A DNA stretch of 64,000 bases from Octopus bimaculoides (taxonomy: Eukaryota), in assembly GCF_001194135.2 (NCBI RefSeq), contig NC_068990.1, positions 5,476,077-5,540,076 on the forward strand, written 5' to 3'. How positions within the stretch are numbered: the stretch's first letter is position 1; each line of letters opens with the position of its first letter. A program made the translations under genes and the position numbers. The notes under the pieces are model-generated. The model did no database searches. It worked only from the letters and a program-made list of their open reading frames with translations, and was not told the DNA's origin. Positions 50,229 through 61,856 of the stretch are shown piece by piece.

Positions 50229-52769
50229 GGTAATTGTAAAACTGGCTGAGTTACTACGAGATGCAGAAATTATTACCTGCTACTGTTACTATAAATATAT
50301 ATGTTGAATACTATTGTAGTAGTTCTGTAGTAGATGCCAGAGAAACGTACTGAGGATTAAAGCTTGGTTTAAATAATCTTTAATTTTGGATCATTCATAC
50401 TTCAGTGTGGAGACTTATAAATGTGGTGAATAGGCAAAGTCATTAGTATCGGAATTGAAATCTCATTGAGATCAACTTTGTCTCTGATCTTGGGGACAAT
50501 TAGTAAAATACTAGACTAGTATTCATTTCGCATATTCCCTCTAACATACCTCACTTCTTCTCCCTTTTCTTCCTTTCTCTCTATTCTTCCTTTCTCTTCT
50601 CCTTCACTCCCCCTTCTGTCTCCACTCTCTCTCCACCGTCTTTGGAAGAAATGGCCCGTTTTGAAACTTAGAGAGAGAAGAGTTCCGCTTGAACTTAAGT
50701 CACGATGCTGTCCATACGAGAGCCCTCACGCACTCACACATAAAATGATTAAAGCAATAATGTTTTTCTATGTATAACATGGATATATTAGTAAAACTCT
50801 TTTCCTCCCCGAGATATTACTAGAGGAGAAGTTGTAGTTAGCTGGGCAAATTAGCAAAACACCAATTATCTTTAAAATAATCTAAAACAATTTTGTTGTA
50901 CTAACATGTTACAACCATTGACCAAATCATTAATATTTAAGCATCTTAGCCATATGTAATGCAGACGTGCTGAGTAAGTTAATGGTATTTCTCGTTTATA
51001 TTATCCAATCAATCGTCTTAAAAGTTAGGTTATTTCATAAGAAAATATATCAGCAAAAAATTTGTTGCAAAAGTTATCTCTCGGAGAAAGAAAAACACAA
51101 AATAAGATATTCGAGCATATAAAAGGAGAAAAAAGATGTTAACAAAGAAACAGTTGAAAATATAATACTAAGCTATAATATATATTGTTATTCTATTGAC
51201 AATTTTAGCAATGCAATTTTACAAATTCCCCGATGTAATATTAACCTGATAAAGAATCAATAGGATTCCTGGTTACTTTTGCTCTAAGGTGCTGTCTTTT
51301 GACATATTTATTCTGCATACACAAAACCTATAGGTCAACTTATTCTGCATCAATGTACACACAAAGTTTACACTGCCTCGATGCTCTTTACACGGATGTC
51401 CAACGTAACTATATATGTTCTAACTGACATAGTGGTACAAGCTTTTGACACTTGTTTTAAATACGAGATTAAAGCAAAAGTTGTTCTTGAATCTTCTGCT
51501 TCATAGAACGTCACAGTCTTAACAAGTGTTGTATCATGAAAATAAAAGAATTCCTTTTATTCATATTTGTTCGACATATGTTGTACACACAAACCAATCG
51601 ATTTAACTGAATATCTAACAACGTACATGTCTTTAATTCTTTTCCTCTCTTTCTTCGCTGTTCCTGGCAACACACATATACACATGCTTACAATTATAGT
51701 ATTGACGTGCATGCATATATATATATATATATATATANNNNNNNNNNNNNNNNNNNNNNNNNNNNNNNNNNNNNNNNNNNNNNNNNNNNNNNNNNNNNNN
51801 NNNNNNNNNNNNNNNNNNNNNNNNNNNNNNNNNNNNNNNNNNNNNNNNNNNNNNNNNNNNNNNNNNNNNNNNNNNNNNNNNNNNNNNNNNNNNNNNNNNN
51901 NNNNNNNNNNNNNNNNNNNNNNNNNNNNNNNNNNNNNNNNNNNNNNNNNNNNNNNNNNNNNNNNNNNNNNNNNNNNNNNNNNNNNNNNNNNNNNNNNNNN
52001 NNNNNNNNNNNNNNNNNNNNNNNNNTATATATACATACACACATATGCATTCATATACATGCATACTAAGAACATTGTCTGCCGAGAGGTACTGACTTGA
52101 AGGAGTGGAGTGTTTTCAGAAATTCTGGAGGCCCTTGATTGCATTAGGTATGTATCCTTAGTTTACACACATATATATATATATATATATATCATGAATA
52201 TCTTTCAAAAGACGAAACTATTTATATGTGGCATGTATTATATAGTTTTGTATATATATATATATATATATAGGTCTATTGATTTCTGTATTCATATTGG
52301 AGGAAACTAGAATGGCTCTATGTTGGGAGCGGAGAGTACCAGGGACTGGTTGGCATTGGTAATCTTTGCACACATGGTGGACACTCCCAAATAACTCTAT
52401 GTGTTGTTTATTTTCCCACCGTTTGGGTACTGTATGTTAAAAAAAAGGATAGAATTAATAGCTAAATTTAATGTATTTGTAAATAGAACTGTACAAATAT
52501 ACGCAATTTTAGTATTTGCTGCCTAAGTATCTCATTCCATTACATATGTAGAAATTTCAATTTCTCCTTTCTTCAATGCGTTATTTTTATAATACATATA
52601 TGTAGAAAAAGTTTATCATTTACTCAACATTCTATTAAGCGGTTCGTGGAAATTCCACGGGTCCCGCTAATAAATATCATTGTAACATATATACAGTTAT
52701 TATACTATGAGCCCTCCATACTAGCTTTCGGCTTTGTTTATAAAATTATTATTTATGTAATATATATAT

Positions 52770-53735
52770 ATTCTTTTATATGTTTCAGTCCTGAAGCTGT
52801 GGCCATGCTGAGGCACCGCCAGTGTAATCATCTTTTAATTGGTCAATTCCATGGGATTGGCTTTGGTGTTGGAAGAAGTTCGATATCGCTGCCCTCTTGA
52901 GTTTCCTGCCTTGATATTGGTTCATCTGGGATATTGAATAGCAAGAGGTCAAGTTGTTTCTTGAAGACGTCGACCCCCACTCCATGGAGATCCCTTAGGT
53001 GTTTTGGCAAGGCGTTAAATAGCTGTGTGTCCTTCAATCCCAATCTATTGCAGTACATGTTCCTCATGTTTGATGAGACAGCTGGGACTTTTGGAACAGT
53101 ACAGTGACGTCCAGTTCGGGTCTGGTATACCTCGCAGTTCCAGAGTTTGCTGCCCGCCCCTCCAGTATCTTCCACAAAAATACATGGCTGCATACTCCAG
53201 GGAGTAGAGTCCTAGCTCTTTCAGTGTCTCTCAGTAGGTCAGCTGTTCCATTGATGCAATCTTCCTCGCGTAGTATCGCTGAACCGCCTCAAGTTCTGCT
53301 ATTAATCCTGCACTGTAAAGTGACCACAGTTGAGAGCAGTAGTCCAGACGGCTGACGACAAATATCCTCCTTAGGAACAGCATGGTGTCCTGGCCTCACG
53401 TTTTGAAGGTTTTCAGAATCCATCCGGCCATTCGCCTGCACACTGCCACCATCTTGGTAACACGCATGTGAAACGAGGCATCGTTGCTCATATCAATCCC
53501 AAGATCACGCACCGTATGTGATTCTATGGTTACCGCTTCTTATTCAACCACTCTGCAGTTTTCCTGGTTATGCCGAGTCTCCGTAGTTTGTGACATATCT
53601 CATGATCAACCTTATCAAAGGCCTTTGCAAAATCGTGATATATCACATCCACGTTTATGCAATTCATTAAGTGTTTCAATACCCAGTCATAGTGTTGCAA
53701 AAGCTGTGTAAGGCAACTTCTTCCAGAGCGAAATG
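52770..53735 (-). mobile_element. CR1-clade LINE fragment (RT start fused to C-terminus and 3' UTR)
   Basis: FRSGRSCLTQLL, VDVIYHDFAKAFDKVDH, TVRDLGIDMS, QLFNALPKHLRDLHGVGVDVFKKQLD...IPDEP. The central RT motifs are missing. Confidence 0.92.
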
Positions 53736-53750
53736 CATATATATTTATAA

Positions 53751-53800
<50 letters not shown>

Positions 53801-54005
53801 TANNNNNNNNNNNNNNNNNNNNNNNNNNNNNNNNNNNNNNNNNNNNNNNNNNNNNNNNNNNNNNNNNNNNNNNNNNNNNNNNNNNNNNNNNNNNNNNNNN
53901 NNNNNNNNNNNNNNNNNNNNNNNNNNNNNNNNNNNNNNNNNNNNNNNNNNNNNNNNNNNNNNNNNNNNNNNNNNNNNNNNNNNNNNNNNNNNNNNNNNNN
54001 NNNNN

Positions 54006-54045
<40 letters not shown>

Positions 54046-54073
54046 GCACATACATATATATATATAAAGATAG

Positions 54074-54105
<32 letters not shown>

Positions 54106-54254
54106 AAGAGAGACAGATAGACATATGTGGGCACAGGACGTCACGAAACGTATACAACAAAAAATTAGAAAGCACGAGTGCATGGAACATGAATTATTCT
54201 TTCAAGGTCAGTAAAATAACGTACTAGTCAGATATTAGGGCTGGGATATAACTA

Positions 54255-54325
54255 ATTACCTTCCCCTCTTAAGATTTAAGACTTGTGCCAGGCACAAGTC
54301 CTAAATCTTAAGAGTGGAAGGTAAT
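54255..54325. repeat. 71-bp near-perfect palindrome (35-bp arms, 1-nt centre)
   Basis: ATTACCTTCCCCTCTTAAGATTTAAGACTTGTGCC-A-GGCACAAGTCCTAAATCTTAAGAGTGGAAGGTAAT, with 2 mismatches. Confidence 0.96.
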
Positions 54326-54964
54326 GTGCCTGTCAAAAATCAATTTAGTCTACAGTTCTTCTACAGAAATTGCGTCTTGTATCTAAGCAAAACCTGTATT
54401 AATTATTGTAGTTATGAGAATGGTAGTGGAAAGGTAGAATTGACAGCTATATACCTTACAGCGTTCATTTTCATCACTCACCGGTGAAACTAGCGTAGTG
54501 TCTATCGAAAATAAATCAACATAGAAAAAGCTACTATATCGCCATGGAATCCACGGAAAAAACTTTTTAAAAGCAATCATGCATTATTGAGGTGTGATGT
54601 AATGCTGTTTGTCAAGAATAAAGATCAAATAAATAAAGTCGTCCTTCATGAAATTCTGTACAAAAACATACAGATGATCGATGCTGTTGCTAGGAGGAAA
54701 CTGGAAGGGTTTTGGCAACGAAACAAGAGAGGACATATAGGAAAGAATTGGACGGATATTAGCAGTGAATGAATCTATTAACAAAATACAAAAACAGGGT
54801 AAATTTAACACACCGTACACGTAATTCTTTCTCCTCTAGAACACTCATATGCAAATGTATAAAGTGAAATAAATACACATAAATACATTTTGTATATATG
54901 TGTTGTATGTATATATGCATATATATATTTGAGATACGTCATATATAGATACACGTTTGTGTGC

Positions 54965-54998
<34 letters not shown>

Positions 54999-55745
54999 NN
55001 NNNNNNNNNNNNNNNNNNNNNNNNNNNNNNNNNNNNNNNNNNNNNNNNNNNNNNNNNNNNNNNNNNNNNNNNNNNNNNNNNNNNNNNNNNNNNNNNNNNN
55101 NNNNNNNNNNNNNNNNNNNNNNNNNNNNNNNNNNNNNNNNNNNNNNNNNNNNNNNNNNNNNNNNNNNNNNNNNNNNNNNNTGTGTGTGTGTGTGTGTGTG
55201 TCTGCGTGTGGCTGTGTGTGCATATACGTATATACACTTATATACAAGAGAGAGATTTCTGAATTGAATAAGATCAAGGAAACTAACATGAAAAGCAATA
55301 CGTAGAAAGTAATATATTCCAGGGTGATGCTGTAATCTAAACTGAATCGAAGAAACAAGTCTTGAGATTCTGGTTTATTGACCACGCTTCTTACAAGAAA
55401 TTCCATTTAAAGATGAACAGGTTAATTTAGATAAGGACTTTTAAGATGTAATGGTCATGCATACAAATACATATCACAAAAATATATCAGCTATATATCA
55501 TACATTTTCTACGAAAGGACAGGATTAATTGGTCGTTTATATAATCACATGAGTGAAGATTTTTGAATTTTAGCACACCCTTTCTTCAAGCTACGTTTTA
55601 TTTTCATTTTCGAGTTATAGTTAGTTTGGTGTGCATTATATCATCGAGTTTTAGCCAGGCTTACTTACTCTTCGTCTTTCATCCTATTCAGAATCATACG
55701 TCTATTTTTCCTCCTCTAGTGTATTTTCTTCTCATTTTATCAAGT

Positions 55746-55789
<44 letters not shown>
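55746..55789. repeat. (CTA)n microsatellite
   Basis: Direct inspection. Confidence 0.98.
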
Positions 55790-55790
<1 letters not shown>

Positions 55791-55849
55791 TTCTCTTACT
55801 CTTCGTCTTATTTTTAGGAACGATCAAATTGTGAAGTTTGACACTGAGT

Positions 55850-55975
55850 TAGGAGAATCGTTAGAGCGCTGGCTGTGACATTATTTCCGGCTTACTGTAG
55901 CCATAGTTCAAATCCAGCTGAAGTCGACTTCACCTTTCAACATTCCTAGTTCGGCAAATAATGAACCAGTACTGG
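55850..55975 (+). mobile_element. SINE family A, degraded
   Basis: GAGAATCGTTAGAGCG...GTTCAAATCCAGCTGAAGTCGACTTCACCTTTCA. Confidence 0.7.
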
Positions 55976-56090
55976 TTTCTTCCTCCCTCTCTCTCTCTCT
56001 CTCTCTTTCTTTCTTTACGTCTCGGCTTTTCGGAAAGAAAGTGACTATATTCAGACTTGGAGTAGAGTGATTCCCAATAGAAATACCCAA

Positions 56091-56377
56091 GAACAGCCTG
56101 CTCGTGAAATTAACGTGCAAGTGGCTGAGCACTCCACAGACACGTGTACCCTTAACGTAGTTCTCGGGGAGATTCAGCGCGATACAGTGTGACAAGGCTG
56201 GCCATTTGAAATAGTGGTACAAGAGAAACAGGAAGAAAGAGTGAGAGAAAGTTGTGGTGAAACAGTACAGCAGGGTTCACCACCAACCCCTGCCGGTGCC
56301 ACGTGGAGCTTTAGGTGTTTTCGCGATCCTACAACCGCAGGTCCGTTGCCTTAACCACTGGGTTATTGCGCCTCCAC
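56091..56377 (-). mobile_element. SINE family C with internal deletion and truncated tail
   Basis: Collinear with 47719-48109 and lacks about 40 bp after TTAGGTGTTTT. Confidence 0.93.
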
Positions 56378-56399
56378 ATAAAGAAATTACTGGCGGAAT

Positions 56400-56535
56400 G
56401 AAAGCAAATAATGTTTTCAAAGTTTGGCACAAGGCCAGCAATTTCGGGAAGCGGCTAAGTCTATTACGTCACCTCCAGTGCTCAACTTCATTTGTCGACT
56501 CTGATTTGATGAAATGCAAAGTCGACCTCGGCGTA
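56400..56535 (-). mobile_element. SINE family A, 3' part
   Basis: TTTGGCACAAGGCCAGCAATTTCGGG ... GCAAAGTCGACCTCGGCG. Confidence 0.82.
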
Positions 56536-57419
56536 AAAATATATATAGATATCTTAAAAACTAGCAAAATTTTGTGCATCCTGTTCTACTAATCATACTT
56601 GAGTTTAACAAAATTATGAATAAAACGTTCTTTTTCAAAATCCTCAGTTACTACTTTAAACGCCGGTGACACTCCTAAATTCCTCTTGAGGTATTGTGAA
56701 CCATTAAACTAATGCAAACATACTTAGTGAAGTTTATACGTGTCTATAATATAAATGAGGCTTTGAATACAGAAGTCGGCAACAAATATTCCTTAAGTAT
56801 ACTTACTCAAAACGGACTGGAGTGACAGAACAACAACACTAATATAATATTCATTCCTTTTTATATTGCCACTGCTGATCGTAATGGTGAACCTTTATTC
56901 CTATGCGATGCTTGGAGGTGGACCGGAAGCACATGGACAGAATAAGAAAATTATGTGCTTACGATTTGTTCTCTTTCGAGAGTCTTCTAACACAATTCAT
57001 GTTTTCAATGCACTTAAAGAATCATCTGATCATGGTTTATGTTATTCAGCAGATTCTAGCTCTTGGTTTATGAGCCAGTAATTCAATACTCTGACTGGTT
57101 GTTGTTACTTCACGTAAAATTTCTAAGAATCCTCAACTTATATTAGTTGACAATAGCCAGTCCCAGTTTTGCGATGCAGATAATAATTCCAGGAAAGCGA
57201 GTAATTATGTTAAAATTATGTTAAAATTATTGATCTTAAATTAGAAGACTCCACATTAACTTTATGTTGAATAAAATTATAATGATTCTAATCAAATAAA
57301 TTCAATGAAAAACTATATCCTTTATTTATATATTCGGTTTCTTACGAAAAGGAAAGCAAAGTTATAACATATTTGGAGATGTGATTATCGATGAAATGGA
57401 CTGTAATATTTGGCAACTT

Positions 57420-57641
57420 GAAGGTGGCGAGTTGGCTGAACCGTTAGGACGCCGGACAAAATTCTTAGCGGTATTTCGTCCGTCTTCACATTCTGAATTC
57501 AAATTCCACCGAGTTCTATTTTACCTTTCATCCTCTCGGGGTTGATGAAAATAAGTACCAGTTGAGTACTGGGATCGATGTAAATCAACTTACCCTCTTC
57601 CGAAATTGCTGGCCTTGTGCCAAAATTTTAAATCAATATTT
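57420..57641 (+). mobile_element. SINE family A, full length
   Basis: GGTGGCGAGTTGGCTGAACCGTTAGG ... GCTGGCCTTGTGCCAAAATTTTAAATCAATATT. AATATTTGGCAACTT occurs on both flanks (about 57405-57419 and 57636-57650), a likely TSD. Confidence 0.92.
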
Positions 57642-59669
57642 GGCAACTTAAGTTATCAGCACTCAAAGGAAGAAAGAAAAAGTTGACCTCGATCAGATTT
57701 GAATACAAATTGTTAGAAAGATCTACCTCAATATTCAAAGTTATTTAGTCCAACGCCTTGATAATTGAGTCAATCTATTCAATATTCAGGGATACAGATT
57801 TGTATTAATTAAAACTTGTACATAATAGTAAATTCTTCAATGGAGGAAATAAATTAATTATGTTGACTGTTGTTGGTTGAAATAGAGAACTCAATTTCTG
57901 CAGTGAATGCGAGCGTACAGTTAGTGATTTAACACTTCAACTGCATTTTAATGCTGCAACAAATGAAATTAGGTAGATTACATTTGCTCAAAATAAATGT
58001 AGAGGATTGTGCTAAAACGTCTCCACACAGAATAGGCTTTTATCACACACCAGACATTATCCAGGAATCTCAATTAAAACGATAGTCCACATCTAATGGT
58101 AAGACAAACGTAGATGATATGTGGATTCAGATTTAATACCTATAATTAATGATTATCTAATATCAGTTCTCAGCATCTCAGTAAAATGAGGTAAACATAG
58201 AATATAGGTTTCTACCCACAAACATGACGCCAACAGTGAAATTGAATTCATAAGCCACAACACAGTCCTCTCACTTCTACAGCCAACCTCTTATAATGTA
58301 GCTACATTTAACTAGCTACTATATTCTTCTACCTAAACTACTAGTGTGATTGTCATTCATGTGTTATTAGCGTTTACAAAAGATGCACAACGCTCCTGTC
58401 GCACGTAATGCTAATTTGAATTGATGGGAAGAACAAACATCTGATAGATGTATTGTGCACTGATGAGTGTCCTCTCCTATCATATTGGACATGTTCTTTC
58501 TGTGCACGAAATTGCAACTGCAAGTTGGCATTGTTCTAAATCAATAACTCAGTGAGTTGCTGTCCAATGTATTTTACCAGGATACATCTCGCTAGTCATT
58601 GATAAAGTGAAACAGAAAAATAAATATATTTCACCTTCCATCCACGACTATCACCACCTCCAGCACAATTTGTAACAAGTTTCCAATAAATGTCCTTCTT
58701 TCACCTGCATCTTAAATAAAATTAACTCCATCCACACAACGTAAATTGTGATTTATAATAATACTATGGATATTCAACAGTTTCGATAAATGGTTAAGCT
58801 GAACATTGTAACATCACCTTCAGTTGTCACATTTAAAGAGCTAGAAAACAACTGTTATTTCCAAAGAAAGTAGTTTCTTTATATTAAATTAGGCAAATAA
58901 ATAGATAAATAGCAATATAAAAAAAAATCGAGTGAATTTTCGAGTTTTTAAATTCTAATTTGTTATTTTTCTTTCCTTCTTAAATTAACACAAGGCCACA
59001 TACTTGTAGAGAAATTGTAGCATCTACTAAGTATATTCTAGGATATAGCAAGCAATTATTTTCTCGAGCCCGGAGGGGAGAACTGCAAATTCGATAGGAT
59101 TAGACCTCTGAAGAAGTTGTACACCCCGTTTATATTTATGACAATTAATTCGCTTATATTTGAAAATTTATAATGACTTCTTACATTGGATACTACTGAA
59201 ATGGGTATATATAGCCACAGGTAGAATATTGCATTTATTTTTCTCGACACTAACAGGAAAAACACAAAATATGGGGCTTGAATGATTCAAGCAAACTAAA
59301 TATTGTGAATTATTTGTTTCAACCTCTATTAATTCTGATACACGACAACCCCTTTAAAATATTATTAATAGCTCACATTTGAGACTTTTGATTGAGTAGA
59401 CTCTTAGACGAAATACATTACATTATTTTCCATCATCTATTCAAACTTCTTAATTCAAATCCCACCATCGCGGTTTACTTTAACCCACTTCGTTGTTTAA
59501 TATATAACATCGGCTGAAATTCAATAAAATCTTCGAAAGTAACACGAAAAGGAAAAACCGAATTAATGTAAATTATAAATATAATAAACTTAATAAAATA
59601 GTGCAAGTAACAAGGCAAAATAGCAAAATATTCTCGAACACTCGATCAAATTTACGTTTTCCATTTTCT

Positions 59670-60060
59670 TTTTTTAAATGACATTTAATTCCAGCGAACA
59701 GATATTTGCCAACATGATGAGATTTTACTTCACAACGGAGCTGATGTAATCTATTTTAGTGCTGAAATTAACAGAGAAATAGAGGTACAACGAATGAGAG
59801 AAATAATCGAAGAGAAAGTAAGAGAATATCTGTATATAGTCTTGAGTTTTAACACAGTTTGATCACATTTACTTTTCTTAAAAGACATTTAATTCTAGCG
59901 ACTAGATATTTACCATCAAGATGAATTTGTAGTTCAGAATAGATTTGATGTAATCCGTTTTAAAGCTGAAATTCATGGGGAAATAGTGACACAACAAATC
60001 AGAAAACACAAATAAACATATATGTATACTTGAGTTTGAATGGGTATAGATCACATCTGA
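59670..60060 (+). repeat. Diverged tandem duplication of a ~200-bp unit
   Basis: GACATTTAATTCYAGCGA...AGATATTT...TGATGTAATC...GCTGAAATT...CTTGAGTTT...GATCACAT occurs twice. Confidence 0.8.
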
Positions 60061-60344
60061 ATCAATGTAACATTATTATGCTATTTATCTATGAGAGAAA
60101 AGTAGAAAGACGAGGTTCTACTAGAGAAAGAGGCGATTATCCGCCCTTCATTATCGGCACTGTGAAAAGAAAGTGACAGAATATTAACGCTCAAATGAAA
60201 ATAATACACCTATGTGTAAACAGACTATGAAATGCTGTAGAAGAGATCATTGCAGTAAATAGCACGAACATCTGCAAAAATATTAATGAATTTTTATATT
60301 GGTATGAATCTCCTCTCTTGCAGCAGAAAATATAAAAAAGATGA

Positions 60345-60460
60345 AGTGTGTGGCTGTATAGTTTCCTCTGAAACCATGTAGATCCCAGCTCGACTTCTTT
60401 ACGCGGCACGTTGGGCAGGTGTCTTCGGTTTGATCAATAATTTCGTAGACGAAAATTTTA
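60345..60460 (+). mobile_element. SINE family D, degraded
   Basis: GTGGCTGT...AACCATGT...GCGGCACGTTGGGCAGGTGTCTTC. Confidence 0.6.
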
Positions 60461-61782
60461 TATATTAGCGACAGAAGTTTGTATTAATGCCGAGAGGTAA
60501 TATTTATTCCCACTTAAACGTAGATGTTCTGTCTTATAGAAACTGTTTTATAGGCTTTTGGTGCAGAATGCAACCAACAAGCGTACATTCTGCACCAAAA
60601 TCCTGTATCGGAGTTTTTCTCATGGAATCTACCGCAATAAAGTTTGTTATAACTGAACGTCCACGTTTAAGTGAGAATAAATATTACCTCAAGAAAACTT
60701 TAATACTATATATTTTGCTTTAGGTAATGAGTTAACTTTCTCCCATCTGTAAAACCAACTTTAACCGTGTACGTGCGAGCATCTTTCGCTGATGTATATT
60801 AACGAACCATGTAAACATTGTCGAGTAAAACGAATAAACGGACGTTTTCTAATGAATGTATTTACGAGGTTTTTTTTCAAAACAGAGCTTGATTTTCCCT
60901 CGCCAGAAACATAAAACTTGGAATTGTTTCGTTGTAAACAGGCAAACAAACGTCTTATTGTTCCCAGTTATGCTATAAAATAATATTTACATAAGAAAAC
61001 ATCTCTATAAATCATGTGCTCATTTTATCGGCATAGAAGTGTGGAAGACAGATTCGACATCCCATGCGTGCATTAAATTTAAAAAAGATAAAACTAAATA
61101 ATGATTCTTTTTTTTTTTTTCTATTTGCTGTAGCCCAAGTCTACAAGTTTATTAGAGTGGGCGAAATTGCGTGAGTGTATGTTAAGAGGTGGTATACTGA
61201 AATTTCTTCCTCCGTATATTTCACCGATACTCATTTCATTCACTGATAGGAATGACAAGGCAAAGTTAATATTACTGGGATTTGAACAGAGAACATCACT
61301 AAATCCGTGGTGAAGTTTCTACGGGAAGTCCTTGTCAAGTTACGAGGCTGGTATAATTGACTTTCTCCTCTACAAAAGTTTCTGGTACAGTGCTTAGGTT
61401 AGAAAATCATTTATCAACCACAGAAATATGAACAACAAAGCTTGTCTTGACGGAAGTAAAAGTTAGAATGTAAGGAAGCGTAAATACTGAATGACAAATT
61501 GTCTACCACTGCGCAATGCTGTCAAATACACTGTTATAATATGGCATTTCATTTTCTGCTCTACTCTGTCATTCCACTACATTTTTAAAAACAGCTTTTT
61601 TTTCGTTAGCTACAGTGCTAATGTCAAACTTTCCTATGGACAGGAAAGCTCGTCGAAAGAATGTGCTCATTACTAAGGTCACTGGTATTTTAATTACAAC
61701 CACTTTCACTGACGTGCGCCATTTAAAATATATTAACCATATTAAACGAACCGTATGTTATGTCCATCGTCAAGATATGTAA

Positions 61783-61785
<3 letters not shown>

Positions 61786-61853
<68 letters not shown>
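61786..61853. repeat. (TA)n microsatellite
   Basis: Direct inspection. Confidence 0.97.

Positions 61854-61856
<3 letters not shown>

Noticed and set aside
54587-54772. 61-aa ORF MRCDVMLFVKNKDQ...
   Set aside because: No recognisable homology or splice context, and the length is compatible with chance.
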